A stretch of DNA of 63,192 nucleotides, counting the filler. It is 8 parts of 8 records of this genome, joined end to end, with 100 filler letters (N's around TTAATTAATTAA, not from the genome) between each part and the next. Parts side by side here need not be neighbours in the genome. Positions count along the whole stretch, not along the records: positions 45,078 to 56,663 come from SRR31156797_11815; positions 56,764 to 63,192 come from SRR31156797_11831; 6 more parts are not named here. One strand, 5' to 3'. This document shows, piece after piece, positions 49,002-57,932 of this stretch. The translations under genes were made by a program, and so were the position numbers. Every line of letters begins with the position of its first letter. Positions within the stretch are counted from its first letter, which is position 1. The notes under the pieces are model-generated. The model made no database searches, was not told the DNA's origin, and worked only from the letters and a program-made list of their open reading frames with translations.

Positions 49002-52000
49002 ATGCAATTCTCTTTCATGGACGATCCCGGATGGGGCCAACTAGACCACGACACCAAGCAGGCAGTGATAGTTTCTGCATTTGAGGATGATATTGTTTCT
49101 GACCCAGGGTGGTCGAATCTGGATGACGACACCAAGCGGCAAGTGCAGGATAGTTATTTCCAAGATGCTGAGGAGTATAGCCGGAAAGTTTCTCCACACG
49201 CTGACGGTTTTCTTGGTGCTGTCACGGGAGGTGCCGAGCATGCGTTAAGTAGCGTCATGACGGCATGGAATGCATTAACCGGGGATGACGAGGAGGTTAA
49301 AGATTTAACCAGCGATGCTTCAAGGATTTTGAAAACCTCGGAACAAGATGCTTTTATCCAATCTCTTCAGGATAAAAAGACAGATGATCAAAAAGTCACA
49401 GGCTGGGAAAGCTTTAAGCAAGGACTCGGGAACGTTGCCGGAGCCGCATGGGACGAACCCATGGGCGCATTGCATGAAGTTGCCGGCCAGATCCCGAATG
49501 CCGGAATCGCACTGGGTGGTATGTGGGCCGGGGCCAAGACTGGAGCTGCGGTTGGGTCATTAACTGGGACTCCGCTTGGCGCAGGAGTGGGGGGTATTGT
49601 TGGTGGCATCATGGGGCTCTTTTTTGGGAATGCTGCCCTGGAGGTCGGCAATGTTGCCCAGGACCAGGCCCGGGCCGGAACATATGATCGTGGCGACACA
49701 TTGAAGCGAGGAACTATAAAAGGTGCGGTTATTACCGGTGTTGATACGGCCACCATGGGTATTTCCAAGGCTCTTTTTACACCTGCTTTCCGTGCGGCCG
49801 GTAAGGCGTCACAGGAAGCCGTTGAAAATGTATTAAAGGCAAGTAACATCAATCCGTTTGACGATGCGGCAGTAAAGCTTGCATTGTCCCAGGACGCCGG
49901 GTTGAAAAAAGCGGTTATGGATGCCGGGGCCAAAGCTGCACTTGAAGCTGCCCCAAAGGGGATCAAGAACGCTGGCCTTCACGGGATTGCCATGGGAGCC
50001 GACATTATCGGAGAAGGCGGCGGAGAGTTTTACGGTTCCATGGCCGCCGGGTTAAACCCGGATATTAGCGACGCCATCCTTGAAGCGGCTATGTCTATGC
50101 CGCATGGTGCCGCAGAGGTCGCAGTCGGCAAGTCTCTTGCGAAAGGCAAGGGTTTGTTAGCAGGGTCGGACAACTCTGTTTCGAGTATTGGTGCCGCACA
50201 AACAGCCGACGAAGCAGTTCAGGCCTTTGAATCATCTGTTTCTGATGAATTGGACAGTGTTGCTTCTGAAGCCCAGAGCGACGAAATGGCAACCCAACAG
50301 CAAACAACCAGCCCGAACTTAATGGGGCGCGAATCTGATGAGTTCAGCCAGTTCCAGGAAAGCTTTCGTGATCAGAAAATTGATGATTTTGAGCAGGAGT
50401 TAAAGCAGGCTCAAACCGATATCCAAAGTTATTCCCACCCGGATGTTCGCCCAGAAATGACACCCGCGCAAAGAGAAGCAATCAACCGGATGGACCCGGA
50501 GTGGAGAAGGCGAGACGATGCGGCCAAAGCGCTTGAGGCACAGATAGATAGGCGTGAGCCGGTTAATCCTGATCAATTCAATTTTCAGCGAGGATTAAGA
50601 GCTCAACCCCAAGAACAAGACCGGATGCCGTTACCAGGGGAGATGCCAGCCTTTCAACGGAGCATGGACGGCAAGGGTCAACGCCCTTTTGCTGACCTGG
50701 ATAAGCGTATCGCAGATAAAGAACGCGGCACGACGGTTAAGGCCGAAATGTTGCCGGCAGAACGTGGTTACGATGATGGTTTGGACGTGACGGCAGATGC
50801 CGAGTATATACCCAATTCTGTTATTGATCAGCGAAATTTTCAAAATGGCTTGGGTGATAATGAGTTTTTTGGAATGCAGGACTTGGGCGGCAAAGATATA
50901 GATAAGGCCAAAATCCCATTATCCACACCTGGACCAGTTGTAAAGAAATCCCTTACAACCAAAAAGCAAACCCCAATCGTCAAAGAAAACTTGACAGTTG
51001 CCCCGGGTGCAGCCGTTACCTGGCAGAATAAAAAGGGCCAATCCTTTTCCGGGATGTTGGTGCAAAAACGGCCCGGCAGCAAATCCACATGGCAAATCAA
51101 GAGGGGTGACGGAAAACGAGTCTTTTTGTCAGAGAAAAGCTTTTCTGTTGCTCCGCAAGCAATTACCGATAGCCGTACAGTTGAAACGCCGCCGGTTACG
51201 GGTGAGTTGCAAACCGAGCCAGTCAACAAACAATCAACAAAAACACCCACCGAAGAACAGCCACATACAGGCGTTTCAAAAGAAAGTGACAAAAGACCAC
51301 CTTTATTTGTTACCCAGGAATCAAATAAAAAAGATTCCTTGAAAGCAGGAGAAGCCCGGGGAGCATCCGATGATTCAGGAATAACACAAAAAGACAGTGA
51401 AGGCACTCCCAATCAAACACCACTCCGCAAGCAAAGAACTATCAATGATATTGCGGGTGGAGAAGTTCGGCTCTCCACATCCAACGATCTTAAAAGCGTC
51501 AAAGGTTACATTCAAAAAGCACTGGCTGGTGAAGGGCTGCCAAACAAGAAGATTGGCGTCGTATCTTCCGAGCATGCAAAAAGAATTCAATCACTGACAG
51601 GCGTCGATGTCTCGGGCTTCACCCATGAACTTGTTGCAAATGACATCCGTCATGCAATGAACAGCCACGGTGATGCTAAAAAAGAAGCCAAGAGAAATCA
51701 GGTCGCAATCACTGAAGACGATTTAAGATTGATTCCAGATATTATAGCCAGCCCTGATTCAATCCAAAAAGGATCTATCAGTAACCAGGGGCAAAAATCT
51801 GTACGTTTTATTAAGAGGGTCAATGGCACGATCGTATATGTTGAAGTTGTGCATAAAAAAGGGTCTTTGCAATCAAAGACCCTTTGGAAAAAGCCATCTG
51901 CCAGTGCCGATGCTGCATCAAGAATGCCCTCCGACAATACGTCCGAAACTGCTGTCAGTCCGCTTTTAGATAATAATATATCAAACAAACCCGATTCAGG

Positions 52001-55000
52001 CAATGAAAAGTATCAAGCCGATTCAGGGGCGCCGCAAAAAATAGAACAACCCGACAAACAACAATCAGATTACGGTCAAAAAAACAAAGTCTTCACCAAA
52101 GAAGGCGCCGACAAGGCCCGTGAACTTCTCCGCAAAAAACTCTCCGGCACCCAATTAAATTCCGGGATCGATCCTGAAGTTATGCTGGCCGGCATCCAAC
52201 TGGCCGGGTATCACATCGAAGCGGGAGCCCGGTCCTTCTCTGAATACTCCAAAGCTATGATTAAGGATGTGGGTGAAACCATCAAGCCTTACCTGCGGTC
52301 CTTTTATGAGGGGGCCAGACACTACCCTGAATTTGATTCTGCGGGCATGGATGATGCCGCCACTCCGGATGCTACACCGAAAACTCAAGGCGATACAATT
52401 GGAAAAGCCGTAAGTGCCAGGATCAATGACAAATATGCGGACATCTTATCACTACCAGAGGATTTATCCGGACCGGAGATCCTTGATGGGATCAATGAAG
52501 GCACATTAACCCCCAGGGCACTTGACAAGTTTCTTGAAAAATCAGATTCTTTAGAGGAAGATATTCAAACCGCAAAGGCTGCGGTCGCTGACCGGATAGG
52601 TGATTTAAAGGAGACTTACCGCTATGAAAGCGAAAAAGAAGGAAAGGTCCTCGAAGAATACATTGACTCCCTGCTCACCGTCTTGTCGAAAGACCGGGTA
52701 TCCGGAAACGCCTTGCCAGATCGAGGTGCCACATCCAAAGACGGAGAAGCGGCCAGAGGGGTATCCGACGATTCAGGAGTAAAAGAGAATCGCGCCCAAT
52801 ATTCCACCAGTAGCGCACCGGAGAAAGGTGCGCAGTATTCCCTTGGCCATTCCCCTGGTCAAGATCTCTCTGTCGGTGAAGACATGCCGATGTTCCAGGT
52901 TGATCAAGCCGCGCACGATTCCAAACCCAGCTCTCTGAAGGGCGACCCTCTCACCCCAACAGAACCCGAAAAGAAGAAAACTTACAGCCAAATTGCATCC
53001 GGCATATCCAATGTGATCAAAAACCGGAAAAACAAGGGGCCTGGATATAAAAAAGACATCGGTGTCATAGAAAACACCCTGGGTTTAATGTCCCATTATT
53101 CCGAAGGTATTCCCGCATTAAAAAGAGCATTCGAAGAACTCCTTAAGCGCCCCGAATGGAAGTTCCAGAAAGAAAACGAACTGTTCAAAAACGGTGAAGA
53201 ATCAATGATTGGTACCATTGAGGATTTGCAGAAGCATAATAAAGCGGCCTACTTTAGGTTGAAAGAGTATCTTGTTGATCGGGATATCAATCAAATCGGT
53301 GCCATTATTTCTCAGGACGAAGATGGCACATGGACAATCAAATCTCCAAAAGACGAACGTACCGGTAAGCGATCCATTTTAGAAGAAGGGATTTCAACAA
53401 AAAAGAAAGCTCGTGATTTAGCGATTCAGTACGAGGTGGATGAGTATCCAGACTCTACTGGCCGCGATGCGCTACGGGCCTTCCGTACTATGACAGCCAA
53501 TCTCCATGATTTCTATGCCGAATCCTGGGAAGCCATCATGAAAGAATATGAGGATCGTGGCCTTACTCTGCCAGAGGTTGTGTCCCGGACAAAATCAGGT
53601 GAAGTCAGAATTGATTTAAAAGTGGCCCTGGCCCAGATGGGCGAAAGGTCGTCTTATTATTTTCCGAGGCAGCGGTCGAATGGTGACTGGCAGGTATTTG
53701 CTTCTAAAAAAGGAGAGCACGATTTCATCGAATACCGGGATTTAAAAACAACTGCTGATTATCTGGCCGGAAGGATGATTGCCGAAGGGTATGATGTTGA
53801 GGTTAAAAAGGTCGGCAGCATGTCCGAGGATTTATTTCAAGGGGTTGGCAGCCCCCTTTTCGTGCAATCTTTAGTTAACCAGGCCCTGGCCGAAACCAAG
53901 ATGGATGTGAAAGTTCGAGACTTGAAAGATCTCGGGCTGAAGGGCGAATGGAGGAAGGACGGATATTACATCCCCAACGGTGGCGTTTACGAGTGGTCTT
54001 CTTCTGTCCTGTCAAGGCTGGGTGGGCGTGAGTATTCAGACCACGGGAAACGGGGGATGTCGTGGTCTCCCGGGTATTGGTTCGAAAACGCCCCCAAAGA
54101 CATAGAAGAGGTCGTAACCAACGCATTATATGTTGCCAGGGGACAGGAAACTGATGTTTCTTTTGAAATCGCCCAGAGTTTAGCCAATCAGCTATCCGAT
54201 ACATTACGGTCCAGGGGCAGCAGGGCTAGGATGATATCCAGGTCAGATGCTATCGGGAAAGATGTTCCTATCGGATATGAGACGGATCCGTTAAAAGCCA
54301 TCGCCCAAGCTGTAAATTCTGCTGCCGGCGGTTACGCAAAGCAGCAAGTTGCCATGAATACGTCTAAGGCGATCACGGGCCAGCACTACACCTGGGATGA
54401 ATGGCAGAAACAACACCCGGACTATGATGCCCTGACAGCTGCCGAGGATGATTTGAAATCCCTTCAAAAAAATTCGAGCACCGAAGAGGAACGAATTGCA
54501 GACATTGATCGTGAAATAAAGGAGCTGCAGCGAGAACGGACAGGGGTAAAAACAGAGTCAGAAAAAGCCAGGCAAGACCGGCTTTTCCGTATCGGTACCC
54601 TGTTCAGGGAAAAGGAGAAAATCCGAAAGTGGACGGATAAAAAACAGGCCGCTGATGCACACCAGGAGATTGCCAGATTAAGAGGGGTTATTCATCGGGA
54701 GTACCGGGAATACATTCAAGAAAACATGATTGACCCGAAGAAACAAAAACGGGCCTATACTGATGTCGTGAACGCTGTTGAGAATGTTCTTAAAAACGAT
54801 GAGGCCGCCGACCGGGTAATTGGAACGCTTAAAGGTCTTGCATCGGTTTGGTTTTTAGGTGGACGCCTGTCTTCTGCTGCTATCAACCTGACAGCCATGG
54901 GGACCACGGTTCCGGCCGCCATGGACTCCTATGGCGGAATTCCCTTGAAGCGGACAGTTCGGCATATTGCGAAAGCCGGAAAGGCTTATGCATCTTTTAT

Positions 55001-56222
55001 CACCGGCAAAGGGACAGTTTCAAAGGCAGATCGGGCAATCCTGGAAGATATTTTTTCCAGAGGATGGGTTGCGGCACAGTTGAACATGGAAACTGTAAAT
55101 GCGTTGAAATCTGGTCCGGCACAAAAGTATGGGCGGGTCGTTGAATTGCTCATGACGCCGTTTAAGATCACGGAGGAATTCAATCGTGGCGTTACCATCT
55201 TGGCCGCATATAAGGGGGTCGTGGCTGAAAACCCTGATATGAACAAGGAAGATGCATTGGCAAAAGCCAAAACCGTATCTGACCGTGCCCATGGTATCTA
55301 TGGTGTTGAAAATCAACCGGCGTTACTGAGAAAGGGCAGGGGGCTACGGGCTGCATCAGCCATGTATATTTTCCAGACATTCATGCACAATTATTTTACC
55401 ACGTTGTCTTATATGATTGGCCGGAGGCAAGCAGGTGCGGCAACATATATGATCCTTTCTCCTATGGTGTTCGGCGGTGCGGCCAGTTCCATCATGTTGC
55501 CCGCTGTAAAAATGATATTCAAAGCTTTTGATGAGGATGATCCAGAAGAAAAAATATATCAGATTGCTGAAAAGTTATTTGGTGAACCCGGTGGTAGTGT
55601 TGCCCGTTATGGCCTACCTGGTTTAGCAGGGGTTTCTCTGAAAGGGTCTCTTGCGCCCAATTTGCCAGACTTTAAAGAGCCATTGGACGCCCTAGGCCCA
55701 ATCGGTGGAATGATGCGCAATATCTACCAAGGAGGGGTTAATATTACCCAAGGCGATTACCTGAAAGGGGTTGAAAAGATCACACCGCTTGCCATGGGTA
55801 ATATAGCGAAAGCCTACCGAGAGGTTTCTGATGGGGTTACCACCAGGGCCGGGGACCCGGTCTTTTTCGGTGATGAACAGATTAAAGGAAATATCGGAAC
55901 CGGTATTATGAGGGCCGCCGGGCTAAATCCCACAAGGATTGCGAAACCTCGCGAGGTCCAATGGAATGAAACAACGCTCAAGCGTCAATATGCTGAACTA
56001 AAACGCAGGATCTACAGCATGATTATTCGTTATCACGCTCAGCCTATATCAAAAAAGAGCCCTACCGAATGGAGGGATATCGTCCAGGATATTAAAGAAT
56101 TTAATGCCAGGGTGAAAAGTAATGGGCTGGGTGATGTTGTGCCTATAATTACGGCCAAAACGATTAAAAACAGAGTCCGTAGGGCATTCCGACCAAACAA
56201 GCGCGAGCGAGACAGAGCATAA
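49002..56222 (+). CDS. Giant polyvalent phage virion protein: glycine-zipper TM region, SH3-like segment, PBECR3-like nuclease, PLxRFG-like C-terminal region
   Basis: GAKTGAAVG...GGIVGGIMG; IGVVS...TGVDVSGFTHEL...IRHAMNSHG...E..RNQVAITEDD...IPDII..PD...YVEV (PBECR3-like); YYFPRQR; WFLG...SAAINL...EEFNR...AHGIY...N.P. Confidence 0.75.
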   Translation: MQFSFMDDPGWGQLDHDTKQAVIVSAFEDDIVSDPGWSNLDDDTKRQVQDSYFQDAEEYSRKVSPHADGFLGAVTGGAEHALSSVMTAWNALTGDDEEVKDLTSDASRILKTSEQDAFIQSLQDKKTDDQKVTGWESFKQGLGNVAGAAWDEPMGALHEVAGQIPNAGIALGGMWAGAKTGAAVGSLTGTPLGAGVGGIVGGIMGLFFGNAALEVGNVAQDQARAGTYDRGDTLKRGTIKGAVITGVDTATMGISKALFTPAFRAAGKASQEAVENVLKASNINPFDDAAVKLALSQDAGLKKAVMDAGAKAALEAAPKGIKNAGLHGIAMGADIIGEGGGEFYGSMAAGLNPDISDAILEAAMSMPHGAAEVAVGKSLAKGKGLLAGSDNSVSSIGAAQTADEAVQAFESSVSDELDSVASEAQSDEMATQQQTTSPNLMGRESDEFSQFQESFRDQKIDDFEQELKQAQTDIQSYSHPDVRPEMTPAQREAINRMDPEWRRRDDAAKALEAQIDRREPVNPDQFNFQRGLRAQPQEQDRMPLPGEMPAFQRSMDGKGQRPFADLDKRIADKERGTTVKAEMLPAERGYDDGLDVTADAEYIPNSVIDQRNFQNGLGDNEFFGMQDLGGKDIDKAKIPLSTPGPVVKKSLTTKKQTPIVKENLTVAPGAAVTWQNKKGQSFSGMLVQKRPGSKSTWQIKRGDGKRVFLSEKSFSVAPQAITDSRTVETPPVTGELQTEPVNKQSTKTPTEEQPHTGVSKESDKRPPLFVTQESNKKDSLKAGEARGASDDSGITQKDSEGTPNQTPLRKQRTINDIAGGEVRLSTSNDLKSVKGYIQKALAGEGLPNKKIGVVSSEHAKRIQSLTGVDVSGFTHELVANDIRHAMNSHGDAKKEAKRNQVAITEDDLRLIPDIIASPDSIQKGSISNQGQKSVRFIKRVNGTIVYVEVVHKKGSLQSKTLWKKPSASADAASRMPSDNTSETAVSPLLDNNISNKPDSGNEKYQADSGAPQKIEQPDKQQSDYGQKNKVFTKEGADKARELLRKKLSGTQLNSGIDPEVMLAGIQLAGYHIEAGARSFSEYSKAMIKDVGETIKPYLRSFYEGARHYPEFDSAGMDDAATPDATPKTQGDTIGKAVSARINDKYADILSLPEDLSGPEILDGINEGTLTPRALDKFLEKSDSLEEDIQTAKAAVADRIGDLKETYRYESEKEGKVLEEYIDSLLTVLSKDRVSGNALPDRGATSKDGEAARGVSDDSGVKENRAQYSTSSAPEKGAQYSLGHSPGQDLSVGEDMPMFQVDQAAHDSKPSSLKGDPLTPTEPEKKKTYSQIASGISNVIKNRKNKGPGYKKDIGVIENTLGLMSHYSEGIPALKRAFEELLKRPEWKFQKENELFKNGEESMIGTIEDLQKHNKAAYFRLKEYLVDRDINQIGAIISQDEDGTWTIKSPKDERTGKRSILEEGISTKKKARDLAIQYEVDEYPDSTGRDALRAFRTMTANLHDFYAESWEAIMKEYEDRGLTLPEVVSRTKSGEVRIDLKVALAQMGERSSYYFPRQRSNGDWQVFASKKGEHDFIEYRDLKTTADYLAGRMIAEGYDVEVKKVGSMSEDLFQGVGSPLFVQSLVNQALAETKMDVKVRDLKDLGLKGEWRKDGYYIPNGGVYEWSSSVLSRLGGREYSDHGKRGMSWSPGYWFENAPKDIEEVVTNALYVARGQETDVSFEIAQSLANQLSDTLRSRGSRARMISRSDAIGKDVPIGYETDPLKAIAQAVNSAAGGYAKQQVAMNTSKAITGQHYTWDEWQKQHPDYDALTAAEDDLKSLQKNSSTEEERIADIDREIKELQRERTGVKTESEKARQDRLFRIGTLFREKEKIRKWTDKKQAADAHQEIARLRGVIHREYREYIQENMIDPKKQKRAYTDVVNAVENVLKNDEAADRVIGTLKGLASVWFLGGRLSSAAINLTAMGTTVPAAMDSYGGIPLKRTVRHIAKAGKAYASFITGKGTVSKADRAILEDIFSRGWVAAQLNMETVNALKSGPAQKYGRVVELLMTPFKITEEFNRGVTILAAYKGVVAENPDMNKEDALAKAKTVSDRAHGIYGVENQPALLRKGRGLRAASAMYIFQTFMHNYFTTLSYMIGRRQAGAATYMILSPMVFGGAASSIMLPAVKMIFKAFDEDDPEEKIYQIAEKLFGEPGGSVARYGLPGLAGVSLKGSLAPNLPDFKEPLDALGPIGGMMRNIYQGGVNITQGDYLKGVEKITPLAMGNIAKAYREVSDGVTTRAGDPVFFGDEQIKGNIGTGIMRAAGLNPTRIAKPREVQWNETTLKRQYAELKRRIYSMIIRYHAQPISKKSPTEWRDIVQDIKEFNARVKSNGLGDVVPIITAKTIKNRVRRAFRPNKRERDRA

Positions 56223-56244
56223 TACAAATTAAGGATATAAAAAA

Positions 56245-56625
56245 ATGAAACAACTACCAGTATCACAAGGTCGAGTAGTCGCCAAGGGCACAATAAGCAA
56301 AATGATCCGGGCGGTTGGCTCGGACGGAACCGCACAGACAATAAGTTCAGCAGAATATCGCGAGTTTTTTGTACCGGAAGAAGCGGCGTTTAATGGAGCG
56401 CTGGTCATGGTGCAGATTGCGACGTTGTCTGGATACGATCCGGAAAGTAATAACCTGCCATTTTACTGGTCAGACAAAGACCCGGGGTCAGATGCAACCG
56501 CTATCGTTGGAAATTTCCCATGGTCTGGGATGTCTGCTGGTGTTTCCAAGCAAGCTGGAGCTAGCCTTGGTTTTTTTAAGGCTGAGGCAACCGGCGCCAA
56601 CGTGGTTTTGTGGTGCCGGGAATAA
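56245..56625 (+). CDS. Hypothetical phage protein
   Basis: 126-aa ORF with SD AAGGA; no recognisable motif. Confidence 0.6.
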   Translation: MKQLPVSQGRVVAKGTISKMIRAVGSDGTAQTISSAEYREFFVPEEAAFNGALVMVQIATLSGYDPESNNLPFYWSDKDPGSDATAIVGNFPWSGMSAGVSKQAGASLGFFKAEATGANVVLWCRE

Positions 56626-56663
56626 TCAATTTTATAATGCATTAAATAGAATAAGGGATATTT

Positions 56664-56763
56664 NNNNNNNNNNNNNNNNNNNNNNNNNNNNNNNNNNNNN
56701 NNNNNNNTTAATTAATTAANNNNNNNNNNNNNNNNNNNNNNNNNNNNNNNNNNNNNNNNNNNN
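56664..56763. other. Artificial contig spacer
   Basis: N-run + TTAATTAATTAA + N-run. Confidence 0.98.
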
Positions 56764-56803
56764 CGCATGACGTGATAACTCCTTCTTGGATTGCTGCCGG
56801 ACC

Positions 56804-57901
56804 TCAGCCCAAACGTCCATCGACCAGATTGTCGGTCAAGGGCGCCGGCCGGGCGGCGGAGGTTTCGATGGTGATTGGTCGGCCTTCTTGCGAAGACCTT
56901 TCGAAGGCTTCGATGACTTCCAGCACATGCAGGGCCAATTCGCCGCTGGCCCGATGGGGACGGTCGTCGCGCAGGGCATGGGCCATGTCGGCCAAACCGA
57001 TGCTGCGATAGTTGCCGTCCGCGTAAGGCATATCGGTCGCGACCGGTGTCCAGTCGCCGCCGGTCGGCAGGATTTCGATTTCGCCGTCGAAACAGTTCGG
57101 ATCGGGCACGATCATGGTGGCCTCGGTGCCGTAAACCTCGAGCGGCAGATGCCGGTGGCCGGCGACGTCGAAACTCATTGTGATCTGTACGACGGCGCCG
57201 TTGGCGAATTCCATGAATCCGGTGATGTGGGTCGGCACCTCGACCTCGATAATCTGGCCGCGCAAAGGCTCGCTCAGGATCGGTCGCTGCGCGCGCGTTT
57301 TGGTCGCCGCGCCGGAGACCGACTTGACCGGCCCCAACAGATTGACCAGATCGGTAATGTAGTACGGCCCCATATCGAGCATCGGGCCTCCGCCCTGCTC
57401 GTAGTAGAACACCGGGCTGGGATGCCAGCGTTCGTGGCCCGGGCCCATGAAATAGGCCGTGCCGCCGACGATCGTACCCAAAGCGCCTTCATCGACAAGG
57501 TGCCGGCAGCGCTGATGGGTGCCGCCGAAAAAGGTATCGGGGGCGCAGCCGACCCGTAAATTCTTTTCCCTAGCCCGGGCCATCAGGTCCTTCGCCTCGG
57601 CGAAGCGAACGGCCAGTGGTTTCTCGGAATAGAGGTTCTTGCCGGCGTCCAGCGCCTTCAGGCCGACTTCGACATGGGCATTGGGAATGGTCAGGTTGAG
57701 GATGATCTCGACCTCGGGATCGCCGAGCAGGACCTCGACCGAGACGGCCTTTAACCCAAATTCGCTTGCCTTGGCATCGGCCGCTTCGGGAACCGCGTCG
57801 GCCAAACCTTTGATATCGAGAATGGGAAATTTCCTTGCGGCCTTCAGATAGGCGCCCGAAATGTTGCCGCATCCGATGATGCCGATGCCGACCTTTTTCA
57901 T
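56804..57901 (-). CDS. Gfo/Idh/MocA family oxidoreductase
   Basis: IGIIGCGNIS Rossmann motif, YSEKPL, GCAPDTF, GGGPMLDMGPYY. Confidence 0.95.
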   Translation of the reverse strand: MKKVGIGIIGCGNISGAYLKAARKFPILDIKGLADAVPEAADAKASEFGLKAVSVEVLLGDPEVEIILNLTIPNAHVEVGLKALDAGKNLYSEKPLAVRFAEAKDLMARAREKNLRVGCAPDTFFGGTHQRCRHLVDEGALGTIVGGTAYFMGPGHERWHPSPVFYYEQGGGPMLDMGPYYITDLVNLLGPVKSVSGAATKTRAQRPILSEPLRGQIIEVEVPTHITGFMEFANGAVVQITMSFDVAGHRHLPLEVYGTEATMIVPDPNCFDGEIEILPTGGDWTPVATDMPYADGNYRSIGLADMAHALRDDRPHRASGELALHVLEVIEAFERSSQEGRPITIETSAARPAPLTDNLVDGRLG

Positions 57902-57932
57902 AGTTAACTCCTCCCGGTAATGGTTTTTTTCT

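Larger units (their letters stand above)
45078..56663 (+). mobile_element. Phage/prophage fragment: podovirus-like internal virion (ejection) protein module
   Basis: Tightly packed co-directional genes; a GNAT-like gp14/gp13 analogue followed by Ala/Gly-rich small, medium and giant proteins, as in the P22 gp14-gp7-gp20-gp16 and T7 gp13-16 layouts. No capsid or terminase gene lies in the window. Confidence 0.8.

Noticed and set aside
46337-51412. Antisense ORFs in the phage contig as immunity genes
   Set aside because: They mirror Ala/Gly-rich sense codons and show no independent signals.
5107-56719. Seven copies of TTAATTAATTAA as a biological repeat
   Set aside because: Always embedded in N-runs of fixed length; this is a six-frame-stop assembly linker.
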